DNA of 64,000 bases from Sphingomonadales bacterium (GCA_043765635.1 JAYUIX010000160.1:641-64640); one strand, 5' to 3'; positions 43,596 through 53,672 are shown, counted from the first letter of the stretch. Notes: a model not told the origin generated them from the letters alone. Program-made: numbers and translations.

Positions 43596-44642
43596 TCAGG
43601 CGGCGAGCATGTTCTGATACTTGACCAGACCGTGCCGTACGAGGCTTTCGCTCAAAATCGTTTCAATAAGCTGATCATGCGTCCAGCCGAGCAAGGACGC
43701 CGAACGACCGAAAACTTTTTCTGACCAGAGATTGCAATTAAGATTAACCTCAAGGAAGTTGATCTCGCCAGTCTCTGAATTAAGCCGAAACTCAAACCTG
43801 CCATAATCGAACGGGTGGAACACCGCTGCCATTCGCCTTGTATATTCTGTGATCCGCGGCGCAAATTCGGGATCATCAAAGGTGACGAGGCTATATTTGT
43901 TTGAGCGGTCAACCAGATCGCGCTTTTCCTGATAAGTGCGCAGATGCGCCGGGTCGGCTTGTTCAAACAGCATCATCGGCATGACGGCGGGCACCGCATC
44001 GGCCATGATTACCGGCACTTCAACATCGCTGCCATCAAGGAAAGGCTCGACAATGGCATCATGGCCTTCGTCATGAATGGCACATACGGCTTGGGCAACG
44101 CCTGCCCAGCTTGCCGCATCGCGTACGCCCCAGCTTGCCGACGAGGCATTGGGTTTGATCACCATCCGCTGCGCCACCGGGCAGATCGCTTCATCAACCG
44201 GAGCCCCGCGCCGATAAATCGCCCACGGTGCTGTCGGCACACCACGCGCCTGCGCCTCAAGCTTGGTCAGATGCTTGTCATCCGAAAGTCCGCGCAATAT
44301 GGGGGAAGCGCCAAGAAAAGGAATGCCAAGCCGCGTGCAGAGCAAAGGCAGCAGCATTTCGCTGTTCATAAAGCCACCGCGATTAAGCAATGGGAAAACA
44401 AAATCGCACCCCGGATCGGCAAATAATGCTTCGTAGCTATCGGCAAGCGAGAGTTTGACCCCAAGGCTTTCAAGTGCGGTGCGCATCTCACGGTGATAGG
44501 GCGCGTGGTTGCCATCGGTGTGGTGCAACCCACCCTGCCAAAACACATGTTTGGCAATAAAAAGGATATGAATGCCCGCCTTTGCCTCACCCGAAAGCGA
44601 AACATAACGCGGCATGACCAGCGGGAGTCGTGAATTGATCAT
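43596..44642 (-). CDS. ATP-grasp enzyme (D-alanine--D-alanine ligase-like)
   Basis: Ddl-like layout: GIPFLGASPILRGLSDDKHLTKLEAQARGVPTAPW, IKPNASSASWGV, and EINFLEVNLNCNL. The start is uncertain. I chose ATG 44642 because the track start at 44762 would place the AT-rich palindromic control region inside the gene and overlap the divergent gene. Confidence 0.7.
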   Translation of the reverse strand: MINSRLPLVMPRYVSLSGEAKAGIHILFIAKHVFWQGGLHHTDGNHAPYHREMRTALESLGVKLSLADSYEALFADPGCDFVFPLLNRGGFMNSEMLLPLLCTRLGIPFLGASPILRGLSDDKHLTKLEAQARGVPTAPWAIYRRGAPVDEAICPVAQRMVIKPNASSASWGVRDAASWAGVAQAVCAIHDEGHDAIVEPFLDGSDVEVPVIMADAVPAVMPMMLFEQADPAHLRTYQEKRDLVDRSNKYSLVTFDDPEFAPRITEYTRRMAAVFHPFDYGRFEFRLNSETGEINFLEVNLNCNLWSEKVFGRSASLLGWTHDQLIETILSESLVRHGLVKYQNMLAA

Positions 44643-44674
44643 CTCCCTAATATTGCAAACCGAGGTGACAAATC

Positions 44675-44693
44675 GATGACGCTGAGCGTCATC
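44675..44693. promoter_or_regulatory. perfect 19-bp palindrome GATGACGCT-G-AGCGTCATC (candidate operator)
   Basis: It lies in the AT-rich stretch between the divergent ATP-grasp and PLP-enzyme genes. Confidence 0.5.
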
Positions 44694-44750
44694 AAGATGC
44701 AGCAAATTTAAGCTAGTGTTGATATAAGATTTGAGCTTGAGCGGTAGATA

Positions 44751-46199
44751 ATGCCAATTCATGACGTTGACCCTGCCTTTCTCAGTCGAATGCTCACCAG
44801 CGGCGGTGATCGCCGCATATGGGTGCCCGCAGGTGGTGATATTAACATCTACGGCGCATCGCCATTCCCGCGTGATTTACTTGGTTATTCAGCATCAACC
44901 GCCAACGATATCTCGCTTGGTGCTTTTGAACATTTGCGTAATGTTGTGGTGAACTGGCAACTTGGTCACGCACTTGGCGGGGCGGCCTATGCAACCGCAC
45001 TTGATGTGCTGCGCATGCGAATTCGTTCGGCTTACCATCTTGATTCAGAAGTCGATATCGTCTTTGCGCCGTCGGGCACTGACCTTGAATATGTCGCACT
45101 TCACTTGGCGCGCGCACGAAGCGGCCAACCCGTCACCAACATCCTGCTTGGCGCTGACGAAGTTGGCAGCGGTTGCTTGCTGTCAGCACAAGGCCGCTAT
45201 TTCGCGAGCGAAACTGCACTTGTTGAACGATTTGATAAGGGCGCTGCGGTTGCAGGATTAAGCGATACGTTCGTCACGGATATTCCCGTGCGCGGAGCGG
45301 GTGGTCAGCCAAAAAGTTCGTCTGAGATTGGTGAGGCCATCGCAAACGCCGCGCGCGCCGCTCATGCTCAAAATCGTCATCCACTTGCGCATATTGTCCA
45401 CGGATCAAAAACCGCACTTGTCTTGCCCGATATTGCGACGGTTGATGCTCTGCGCCAGAATTTCAGTGACACGCTCTCGCTTGTCGTTGATGCGTGTCAG
45501 GCGCGGATCAGTGCCGCATCGCTCAATGCTTATCTGGAACGCGGTGCCACCGTCTTGATGACGGGATCAAAATTCATGGGCGGCCCGCCTTTTTCAGGTT
45601 TTGCCATCGTGCCACGCAGCATGGCTTCAGATCAGTCCTTACCGACAGGGCTTTCAAATATTTTCCGGCGTGGCGAATGGCCGAGTGATTGGGCGGGATG
45701 TGATGCTCTCCCCGCCGACGCCAATCCTGGACTGCTGCTTCGGCTTGAAGCAGCTCTCTTTGAGCTTGACCGTTTTGCCGCACTCACGCCCAAGTCGTGC
45801 CACACCGTCATCTCAGGTTTTGTGCGTACCGTGCAGAACTGCGCCCACGAACTTGGGGCGCGTCTGATCATGTCAAACGCTGATGGCGCAGACCATGTGC
45901 TTGAGAATGCGACGCTTGCGACGCTTGATCTCTCAGTTTTGCCATGCCAGCCCGATTTCGCGATGGCGCAGCGCTGGCAACGGGTATTGGCAGCGCGCGG
46001 CATTCGTGTTGGCCAGCCTGTAAAATGCGTCAAATTGACTGATGGCCGCTGGGGCGGGACGCTGAGGCTGAGTCTTTCAATGCCGTTGATCGTTGCGTTG
46101 GCAGGGCTTGAACCTTCTGCAATGCAATCAAAACTTAATCAGGACATGCAGCGGATCATCTCCGTTCTTCATCCCGCAATGCGACTGATCGCGGCCTAA
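44751..46199 (+). CDS. fold-type I (class V aminotransferase-like) PLP-dependent enzyme, function unknown
   Basis: Motifs occur in the NifS/class V order: FAPSGTDLEYVAL, VVDACQA, and TGSKFMGGPPFSG (candidate PLP lysine). Confidence 0.6.
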   Translation: MPIHDVDPAFLSRMLTSGGDRRIWVPAGGDINIYGASPFPRDLLGYSASTANDISLGAFEHLRNVVVNWQLGHALGGAAYATALDVLRMRIRSAYHLDSEVDIVFAPSGTDLEYVALHLARARSGQPVTNILLGADEVGSGCLLSAQGRYFASETALVERFDKGAAVAGLSDTFVTDIPVRGAGGQPKSSSEIGEAIANAARAAHAQNRHPLAHIVHGSKTALVLPDIATVDALRQNFSDTLSLVVDACQARISAASLNAYLERGATVLMTGSKFMGGPPFSGFAIVPRSMASDQSLPTGLSNIFRRGEWPSDWAGCDALPADANPGLLLRLEAALFELDRFAALTPKSCHTVISGFVRTVQNCAHELGARLIMSNADGADHVLENATLATLDLSVLPCQPDFAMAQRWQRVLAARGIRVGQPVKCVKLTDGRWGGTLRLSLSMPLIVALAGLEPSAMQSKLNQDMQRIISVLHPAMRLIAA

Positions 46200-46202
46200 G
46201 CC

Positions 46203-46570
46203 TCACCCACATTCATCACGCACGGGGTGCGCTGGCATCCTGTCGGGGGCAGCAAATGGCTGGCGGAAGGTAAAAGCCTCGGCGCTTAGCCCGCGTACTT
46301 TAAGGAGCGCGATCCGTTCAAACCGCTCCTTGCGGCGACCCATGAAAGATAGATGATCGCTCTGGCAATACACAAACGCCGCCAACGCATCGACATCACG
46401 CCACAGCGACATGTTGACGAGCAATTGCGGATCGCTTTCATCGAGTACAAGGTCAGTCGCGTCACTGCCGTCACCAATCAATCGTCAAATGAACCCGTCC
46501 GCAGCTTCGGCATGGGCGTTGACGGGATCAAGCGCCCGACATTGATCTGGGCAAGGGTATAACCGTTCAT
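46203..46570 (-). pseudogene. degenerate DUF3291-family gene
   Basis: ATG (46570-46568) overlaps the lysK stop (ATGA). The N-terminal MNGYTLAQINVGRL is in one frame and ...LDPVNAHAEAADGFI*RLIGDGSDATD... in another. An in-frame TGA (46485-46487) replaces the W of the GF[VI]WRL motif. The C-terminal part appears shortened. Confidence 0.6.
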
Positions 46571-48120
46571 GCAAAAGCTTCCGCAATCAATTTACGGCTG
46601 TTTTCAAGACCGTATAGCGCGATGAAACTGCCCATGCGCGGGCCGGCGCTGCTCCCCAATAGCGTTTCATACAGCGCCTTGAACCAATCGCGCAGATTTT
46701 CAAAGCCGCCCTCTTTGCCGATGGCGTAGATGATATTTTGGATGTCCTCAGCGGTTGCGTCTTTAGGCAGGCCCGCGAGCTCAGCGTCAAGCCGCGTGAG
46801 TGCCGCCGCCTCAATGCCCTGAGGCTTTCGCCGCACAAGCGTTGGCGCGACAACATCACGGTTATAGGCAATCGCATGGCCGATCAGCGCGTCTAGCTCA
46901 GGATATTTTTCTGCACTGGCATCCGCGACATAATTGCCGAGATAGCCCCACACCTGATCCGCTGTTGCGCCACCGCCCAAAACTCCGCAAAGATTGAGCA
47001 ACAATCCAAAGGTTACTGGCGGAACGTCCACCGGCACGCTGCCGTTGTGGATATGGTGGACGGGGTTGCCGAGGCGCTTGTCGAGCGGCTGATCATGCCA
47101 AGCGCTGCGGAACTGGAAATATTCATCCACCGCGCGCGGTATGATCCCCATGTGAAGCTGCTTTGCGCTTTTAGGTTCACGGTACGCATAAAAAGACACG
47201 CTTTCGGGCGGGCCGTAGGTTAGCCATTCTTCAAGCGCGAGGCCGTTGCCCTTGCTCTTTGAAATCTTCTCGCCCTTTTCATCAAGGAACATTTCATAGA
47301 TCAGCCCTTCGGGCTTGCGACCGCCAAGCACCTGAGCAATTTTGCCGCTTTGCGTTCCTGAGTCAGTCAAATCCTTACCGTACATTTCATAATCAACGCC
47401 AAGCGCGACCCAGCGCATCGCCCAGTCAACCTTCCACTGGAGCTTGGCCTTGCCGCCCAGAATCGACTGCGTTACACGTTCGCCGTCATCGTCAAACGCG
47501 ATCAGGCCCGCACTAGCGTCCACCACTTCCACTGGCACTTGCAGGACAATCCCGCTCTTTTCGCTGATTGGCAGGATTGGCGAATACGTCGCCGCCCGCT
47601 CCTTACGCAGCGTGGGGAGCATGATGTCCATGATCCCCTGATAGTTGCGCAGCACGTTCTTGAGCGCATGATCAAACGTGCCACTTTCATATTGGCTAGA
47701 TGAGGAGATGAATTCATAATCAAAGCCAAACCGATCAAGAAAATCGCGCAGCATCGCATTATTATGTGCGGCAAAGCTTTCATGCGTGCCAAACGGATCG
47801 GGAATCCGGCTGAGCGGCTTGCCAAGATATTCAGTTAGCATCGCCTGATTGGGGACATTGTCAGGCACCTTGCGAAGGCCGTCCATATCATCGGAAAATT
47901 CGATCAGCCGCGTTGGGATATCCGACATCGCTTGAAACGCATGGCGCACCATCGTTGTCCGCAGCACTTCGTTGAAAGTGCCAATATGCGGCAGGCCTGA
48001 CGGGCCGTAACCTGTTTCAAACACAACAGGCTTGTCCGGGCGCACCCGCTTGAGCAGCTTGCGCGCTTCTTCATAAGGCCAGGCTTTGGATACAAGTGCG
48101 GTAGTGCGGAGATCAGTCAC
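46567..48120 (-). CDS. lysK: lysine--tRNA ligase, class I
   Basis: 517 aa with SGLPHIGTFNEV (HIGH-like) and KISKSKGNG (KMSKS-like), a class I LysRS layout common in Alphaproteobacteria. Confidence 0.9.
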   Translation of the reverse strand: MTDLRTTALVSKAWPYEEARKLLKRVRPDKPVVFETGYGPSGLPHIGTFNEVLRTTMVRHAFQAMSDIPTRLIEFSDDMDGLRKVPDNVPNQAMLTEYLGKPLSRIPDPFGTHESFAAHNNAMLRDFLDRFGFDYEFISSSSQYESGTFDHALKNVLRNYQGIMDIMLPTLRKERAATYSPILPISEKSGIVLQVPVEVVDASAGLIAFDDDGERVTQSILGGKAKLQWKVDWAMRWVALGVDYEMYGKDLTDSGTQSGKIAQVLGGRKPEGLIYEMFLDEKGEKISKSKGNGLALEEWLTYGPPESVSFYAYREPKSAKQLHMGIIPRAVDEYFQFRSAWHDQPLDKRLGNPVHHIHNGSVPVDVPPVTFGLLLNLCGVLGGGATADQVWGYLGNYVADASAEKYPELDALIGHAIAYNRDVVAPTLVRRKPQGIEAAALTRLDAELAGLPKDATAEDIQNIIYAIGKEGGFENLRDWFKALYETLLGSSAGPRMGSFIALYGLENSRKLIAEAFA

Positions 48121-48152
48121 TTCAGGTTGCTCTTTCGTTCACTCTAGGCCAA

Positions 48153-50876
48153 ATGAGGCTCGTGATGCCTCCTTTGCCTTATCCCGCGCTCCATGCAAGC
48201 CATGCCGGTATCTGGATTGCCGACACGAACGGCGAAACCCGGCGGATCGGGCGCGGTGAGGCAATTGCGCGCGCGGGCGAAACCCCGGTGATCCTGATGA
48301 ATGCGCCGCTCATCGGTGAACGACTTGGTTATCCCGAGCTTTCGGGGTTTGATCTGCTTGAGCTGTTCGCGTTCCTCCACCCCGCGCAGTTCATTGTCCC
48401 AACGCCAAAGGGGCTGGCCGGCGTGCTCAGTCTTGGCATTCCACAGGGTGATGAAGCAGTTCCACAGCTTCTCCAAAACGCCGTCAACATGATGCTAGAT
48501 CGACTCGCGGCGCACTGGCCCGAGCGCGAGGGCGCGTGGGACGCGCTGCAATCGCTCGCGCGGCTGCGCTGGCCTTGGGCGCGGATCGTGGGCGATTATG
48601 TTGCGATGCCTGAAAAAGCCGAACGCTGGCTCTTTTCAAAACTCCCCGAATGGGATGAAACTGCACCAAGGCCTGCGCCGCGCACGGTCACGCTTGCTGA
48701 AGCGCAAGTACTTAAACGGCTTGATGACCTTACCGGGCACGGCGCTGAGCTCCGTCCCGGACAGCGCGATTATGCCAGCGCTAATGTCGCCGCGTTCAAT
48801 CCCCGATTGCGTAAAGACTCGCCCAATCTTGTCCTTGCTGAGGCGGGCACCGGGATTGGCAAGACGCTTGGCTATTTGGCACCTGCCTCGCTATGGGCAG
48901 CCCAAGCCGGGGGGGCTGTTTGGATTTCAACCTTTACCAAGGCGCTTCAACGTCAGCTTGATAGCGAAAGCGCCCGGCTGTTCCCCGATCCTGCCACACG
49001 CCGCACCAAGGTTGTGGTGCGCAAGGGGCGCGAGAATTATCTGTGCCTGCTCAATCTTGAGGATGCGCTTCAGGGCGGCTTTGCGGGACGAGCGGCGGTG
49101 CTGGCGCATCTGGTGGCGCGTTGGGCGGCGTACACGCGCGACGGCGACATGGTTGGCGGCGATCTGCCCGGTTGGCTGCCAACGCTGTTTCGCCGTAACG
49201 GCGCGACTGCACTCACTGACCGGCGCGGGGAATGCGTTTATGCTGGCTGCCCGCATTACCGCAAATGCTTTATCGAACATAGCGCGCGCGCAAGTGCGGG
49301 CGCTGATCTGGTTATCGCCAACCATGCGCTTGTCATGGTCAATGCCGCGCGCGGGCGAGAGGCGGCAAACAAGCCGACACGGATTATTTTTGATGAAGGC
49401 CATCACATAACCGACGCAGCCGACGGGATGTTCGCCGCAGCCCTGACTGGGCAAGAAGCAATTGAGCTGCGCCGCTGGATCATCGGCCCTGAAGCGGGTG
49501 CACGCGGGCGGCGACGCGGGCTTGCGGCCCGACTTGCCGACGTCGCAAGCTATGACGGTGAGGGTGGCATTGCGATTGCGGCAGCCGCCCATGCAGCCGC
49601 CGCTTTGCCAGGCGATGGCTGGCTCGCCCGGATAAGCGAAGGCGATCCATTTGGGCCGATCGAAGCATTGCTGGCCGCCGTTCGCACACAAGTTTATGCG
49701 CGCGCCGAGGCCGAAGATGCAGGTTACGGCCTTGAAACCGAAGCAGCAGGGCTTGATGGCAATCTGATCACGGCGGTCGAACCAGCGGTTAAAGCGCTTG
49801 AGGCAATATTGCGGCCGTTGATTGTGATCGGCCAGCGGCTTGAGGCAGTGATTGAGGAAGCGCCCGACTGGCTTGATGGCCAGGCTCGCGCACGCGTTGA
49901 AGGCGCAATTGCAAGCCTTGGCTGGCGGCGGGATGCGCTGGTGGCGTGGCTGTCACTGTTGTCGCGGCTCGGCGGCCCGGCTGACCCGCTGTTTGTTGAC
50001 TGGCTCGCGGTTGACCGTATTGAGGGCCGCGAATTTGATATCGGGCTGCACCGCCACTGGCTTGATCCCACGATCCCCTTTGCCGAAACCGTGCTGAAAC
50101 CTGCACACGGCGTGATAATCACTTCGGCAACGCTGCGCGGAGGCGAGGATTGGGCTGCAGCCGAGGCCAAAAGTGGTGCTGCGCATCTTAGCGGGGTTCC
50201 GCTCCATTTCGTTGCGCCAAGCCCGTTTGATTATGCGCGGCAAAGCGCTGTCCTGATCGTGACTGACATCAAGCGCGGCGATATACCCCAGCTTGCCGGG
50301 GCCTATGCCAAGCTGATCGCAGCGGCAGGCGGCGGCACGCTCGGGCTGTTCACTGCAATCCGGCGGCTGCGCGCGGTTCATGCGCGCATCGCAGACAGAC
50401 TCGCACGTGACGGCCTGCCGTTGTACGCGCAGCATGTTGATCCGATTGATACCGGGACACTCGTTGATATTTTCCGCGATGATCCGCGGGCCAGCCTGAT
50501 CGGCACTGATGCGCTGCGTGACGGGGTTGATGTGCCGGGAAGCTCGCTTCGCCAAGTAATTATGGAGGGTGTGCCGTGGCCAAAGCCTACCGTACTTCAC
50601 GCCGCGCGCAAAGCGGCAGGCGGGGGTAGCGCCTATGATGACCGCCTGATCCGCGCGCGGCTTGCCCAGGCCTTCGGGCGGCTGATCCGCCGGGCTGATG
50701 ACCACGGGGTGTTTGTGCTGCTTTCATCAGCGGTGCCGTCACGCCTGCTGACAGCGTTTCCCCCGGGAACACCAATCCACCGGATGACGCTTGACGAAGC
50801 CGCTACGCATGTCAGCATGATGTCGAATGCAGTGCCCTTGGTTACCACGGCACTGGGGGAGGATTTGAACACATGA
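48153..50876 (+). CDS. DinG/Rad3-like ATP-dependent DNA helicase
   Basis: 907 aa with Walker A (AEAGTGIGKT), DEGHH (DEAH-like), a Cys-rich insertion (CLLN...GECVYAGCPHYRKC) and C-terminal helicase motifs. The start could be ATG 48165. Confidence 0.8.
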   Translation: MRLVMPPLPYPALHASHAGIWIADTNGETRRIGRGEAIARAGETPVILMNAPLIGERLGYPELSGFDLLELFAFLHPAQFIVPTPKGLAGVLSLGIPQGDEAVPQLLQNAVNMMLDRLAAHWPEREGAWDALQSLARLRWPWARIVGDYVAMPEKAERWLFSKLPEWDETAPRPAPRTVTLAEAQVLKRLDDLTGHGAELRPGQRDYASANVAAFNPRLRKDSPNLVLAEAGTGIGKTLGYLAPASLWAAQAGGAVWISTFTKALQRQLDSESARLFPDPATRRTKVVVRKGRENYLCLLNLEDALQGGFAGRAAVLAHLVARWAAYTRDGDMVGGDLPGWLPTLFRRNGATALTDRRGECVYAGCPHYRKCFIEHSARASAGADLVIANHALVMVNAARGREAANKPTRIIFDEGHHITDAADGMFAAALTGQEAIELRRWIIGPEAGARGRRRGLAARLADVASYDGEGGIAIAAAAHAAAALPGDGWLARISEGDPFGPIEALLAAVRTQVYARAEAEDAGYGLETEAAGLDGNLITAVEPAVKALEAILRPLIVIGQRLEAVIEEAPDWLDGQARARVEGAIASLGWRRDALVAWLSLLSRLGGPADPLFVDWLAVDRIEGREFDIGLHRHWLDPTIPFAETVLKPAHGVIITSATLRGGEDWAAAEAKSGAAHLSGVPLHFVAPSPFDYARQSAVLIVTDIKRGDIPQLAGAYAKLIAAAGGGTLGLFTAIRRLRAVHARIADRLARDGLPLYAQHVDPIDTGTLVDIFRDDPRASLIGTDALRDGVDVPGSSLRQVIMEGVPWPKPTVLHAARKAAGGGSAYDDRLIRARLAQAFGRLIRRADDHGVFVLLSSAVPSRLLTAFPPGTPIHRMTLDEAATHVSMMSNAVPLVTTALGEDLNT

Positions 50877-51415
50877 AAACACTGACGCTATTTCGCCACG
50901 GCAAATCGGGCTGGGACTCACCCGTCTCACGTGACTTTGATCGACCAATCAACGAACGGGGTACGCGCGGATCAAAACTGATGGGCTCCCACGCGCGCAA
51001 TCTTGGCCTTAATTGGGATCATGTTGTTTCATCGCCTGCTGTGCGCTGCACTGAAACGCTTGATGCTTTCTGGGAAGGGTTTGGCCGTATCCTACATCCC
51101 AATTGGGATCGGCGTATCTATCTTGCCTCGGGCGCAACCTTGCTTGATGTCGTGCAGGAACTGCCTGATGAGGCCGCGCGCGTGATCATGTGCGGGCATA
51201 ATCCCGGGCTTGAGGATTTGGCGTTAATGCTTGTGCCTGACGAGAAGGGCAATGACCTGCGCAATAACCTTGAAATGAAATTCCCGACTGCAAGCCTTGC
51301 CGAAATGCGGTTTGATGTCGAATGTTGGAATAATCTCAAAACGGGAAGCGCGATGTTAACCCGCTTCATCCGCCCGCGCGATCTTGATTCTGCACTCGGG
51401 CCCGAGGCAGACTGA
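50873..51415 (+). CDS. histidine phosphatase family protein (SixA-like)
   Basis: LTLFRHGKSGW contains the RHG motif. ATGA overlaps the helicase stop. Confidence 0.75.
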   Translation: MKTLTLFRHGKSGWDSPVSRDFDRPINERGTRGSKLMGSHARNLGLNWDHVVSSPAVRCTETLDAFWEGFGRILHPNWDRRIYLASGATLLDVVQELPDEAARVIMCGHNPGLEDLALMLVPDEKGNDLRNNLEMKFPTASLAEMRFDVECWNNLKTGSAMLTRFIRPRDLDSALGPEAD

Positions 51416-51417
51416 TC

Positions 51418-51927
51418 ATGCTATCCATGCGCCGTGCAACACCCGCCGACGCTGCAAAACTTTCGCTGGTCGGAGGGGCGTCATTCCTTGAAAGCTTTGC
51501 TGACGATCATCCCGGCGATGATCTGGTCAATCATGTGCATGATCGTCATTCAGTGGCGTCGTATCAGAATTGGCTTGGCGATCCCGCCTGTGCGCTGTGG
51601 ATCGTTGAAGAGGCGCTTGGTGCTCCGGTGGGTTATGCCATGCTTGGCCCTGGCGAACTTCCCGGCGCAACAATGAATGATTTCGAGATCAAGCGCATTT
51701 ATGTGCTGCGCCGCTGGCACGGCGGCGGGCATGGCAAGCGGCTTTTCTTGGAATGTAGCAAGGAAGCCCGCCAACGCGGGGCTGCACGGTTGCTGCTGGC
51801 AGTTTACACTGCCAATCAACTGGCACAGCAATTTTACACTCGCCAGGGCATGTCAGTCATCGGCGAAACCGTTTTCAGGGTCGGCGAAACTGAATTTACC
51901 GATCTCGTTATGGCAATGGATCTTTAG
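51418..51927 (+). CDS. GNAT family N-acetyltransferase
   Basis: The acetyl-CoA binding region reads RIYVLRRWHGGGHGKRLF. Confidence 0.8.
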   Translation: MLSMRRATPADAAKLSLVGGASFLESFADDHPGDDLVNHVHDRHSVASYQNWLGDPACALWIVEEALGAPVGYAMLGPGELPGATMNDFEIKRIYVLRRWHGGGHGKRLFLECSKEARQRGAARLLLAVYTANQLAQQFYTRQGMSVIGETVFRVGETEFTDLVMAMDL

Positions 51928-51936
51928 GGTCAGGAC

Positions 51937-52317
51937 CTAAATCCGCGCGGCGACATCATCTTCGGCCAATGCCTTGGCCAGCCGGTTGCGGATGGCAATG
52001 AGTGCTGGGATGAGCGACAATTGAACTGGCGCACGCTCTGGTCTTAGCTGCGGAGCGGCAACCGCTTCGGTCTCACCTGACAGAAGCTTTTGTACGCCTT
52101 TGACAGTGTAGCTTTCATGATTGAGCAACTGATTAATCCGTGTCGCCAGCGCCACATCTTCAGGGCGGTAATAGCGCCGGTTGCCCGCGCGCTGGAGCGG
52201 GCGAAGCTGGGGAAAACGCGTTTCCCAGTAGCGCAAGATATGCTGCGGCAGCCCGAGATCCTTTGCGAGTTCGCCAATCGTGCGAAAGGCCTGCGCGCTT
52301 TTGGGTGGTGCCGCCAT
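51937..52317 (-). CDS. MerR family transcriptional regulator
   Basis: [30 protein letters not shown] is the MerR HTH. It lies immediately downstream of ihfA. Confidence 0.8.
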   Translation of the reverse strand: MAAPPKSAQAFRTIGELAKDLGLPQHILRYWETRFPQLRPLQRAGNRRYYRPEDVALATRINQLLNHESYTVKGVQKLLSGETEAVAAPQLRPERAPVQLSLIPALIAIRNRLAKALAEDDVAARI

Positions 52318-52319
52318 GA

Positions 52320-52619
52320 TCAATCTGCCTCGGCAATGCGCTCAGTCATTTTTGGACTGGCACGAAAAGTGAGTACCCGGCGCGGCGGAATCGCGACCTC
52401 AACCCCGGTCATTGGATTGCGGCCAACGCGTTGTGGCTTGTCACGCAGAACAAAGCTCCCGAACCCTGAAATCTTGACATTGTCTCCTTTGGCAAGCGCA
52501 TTTCCCATTTGAGACAATATTGTTTCAACAAGATCAGCACATTCCGCTCGCGACAAACCAATTTCACTATAAATTGCTTCAGATAAGTCAGCACGCGTCA
52601 AACTCCCCGCGTCCGCCAT
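52320..52619 (-). CDS. ihfA: integration host factor subunit alpha
   Basis: [29 protein letters not shown]...[37 protein letters not shown]. Confidence 0.9.
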   Translation of the reverse strand: MADAGSLTRADLSEAIYSEIGLSRAECADLVETILSQMGNALAKGDNVKISGFGSFVLRDKPQRVGRNPMTGVEVAIPPRRVLTFRASPKMTERIAEAD

Positions 52620-52712
52620 AAATACTCCCCTTTTACGCTTACATTGGAGCATCCTTTATCGCACTTGGCGCGAAGGTCAATTCTAAGGCAATGGTTTGTT
52701 TACCTAACCCGC

Positions 52713-53672
52713 CTATATTCGCAGGGCGCAGGCACCCCAAGTAAACCCGCCGCCCATTGCTTCAAGCACGATCAAATCACCCTGTTTTATTCGCCCGTCG
52801 CGCACCGCCAGATCAAGCGCGAGCGGCACTGAAGCCGCCGATGTGTTGGCGTGCATATCAACTGTCACGATCACTTTTGCCGGATCAAGCCCCAGCTTGC
52901 GCGCAGTTGCATCAAGGATGCGGGCATTGGCCTGATGCGGTACGACCCAATCAACATCGGCTGCTTTTAACCCTGCGGTATCAAGAACTTCAGTCATCAC
53001 ATTTGCCAGATTGGTAACGGCGTGACGAAATACTTCTGGGCCACGCATCCGCAGCTTGCCAACAGTTCCCGTTGTTGAAGGCCCGCCATCTACATAAAGC
53101 AATTGGTTATAGCGACCGTCGGCATGAAGTTTTGAGGCGAGTATCCCGGCAGTGCCCGTTTCGGCTTGCAAAACAACCGCGCCTGCGCCGTCTCCGAATA
53201 ACACACATGTCGCGCGATCCTCCCAATCCAATATTCGACTGAAGGTTTCGGCCCCGATTACCAGCGCAGTTTTTGCGGCTCCCCCGCGAATCATGTTGTC
53301 AGCAACGGTAAGCGCATAGAGAAACCCCGAACACACCGCCGCGACATCAAAAGCGATGCAATCGCCGATTTCGAGCGCGGCCTGAACCTTAGTTGCACTG
53401 GCCGGGAAGGTTTGATCAGGCGTGGCCGTCGCAAGGATAATCATATCAATTTGATTTGCGGTCATTCCGGCGGCATCCAGAGCATTCTGCGCCGCCTGTG
53501 TCGCAAGTGTCGCTGTGGTTTCACCTTCGCTGGCTAAATGGCGGAAGCGGATGCCGGTGCGTTCGACAATCCAGCTATCCGATGTATCAACTTGTTCAAC
53601 GAGTTCAAAGTTTGACACCCGCCGCGCGGGAAGTGCCGAACCCGTTCCCTTGATCGCTGCGCGTACGGTCAC
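52713..53672 (-). CDS. fabH: beta-ketoacyl-ACP synthase III
   Basis: Active-site contexts are AAVCSGF (Cys), VPHQAN (His) and [12 protein letters not shown] (Asn). Confidence 0.9.
   Translation of the reverse strand: MTVRAAIKGTGSALPARRVSNFELVEQVDTSDSWIVERTGIRFRHLASEGETTATLATQAAQNALDAAGMTANQIDMIILATATPDQTFPASATKVQAALEIGDCIAFDVAAVCSGFLYALTVADNMIRGGAAKTALVIGAETFSRILDWEDRATCVLFGDGAGAVVLQAETGTAGILASKLHADGRYNQLLYVDGGPSTTGTVGKLRMRGPEVFRHAVTNLANVMTEVLDTAGLKAADVDWVVPHQANARILDATARKLGLDPAKVIVTVDMHANTSAASVPLALDLAVRDGRIKQGDLIVLEAMGGGFTWGACALRI

Noticed and set aside
48126-48140. SOS-box-like GTTG-N7-GTTC between lysK and the DinG-like helicase.
   Set aside because: It has one mismatch to GTTC-N7-GTTC. 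At this stringency chance matches are frequent, so I cannot support it without LexA binding or expression data.
48927-50705. Two long minus-strand ORFs (254 and 250 aa), plus several smaller ones, inside the DinG-like helicase gene.
   Set aside because: They are antisense shadow ORFs in a high-GC gene. The plus-strand frame carries the helicase motifs.
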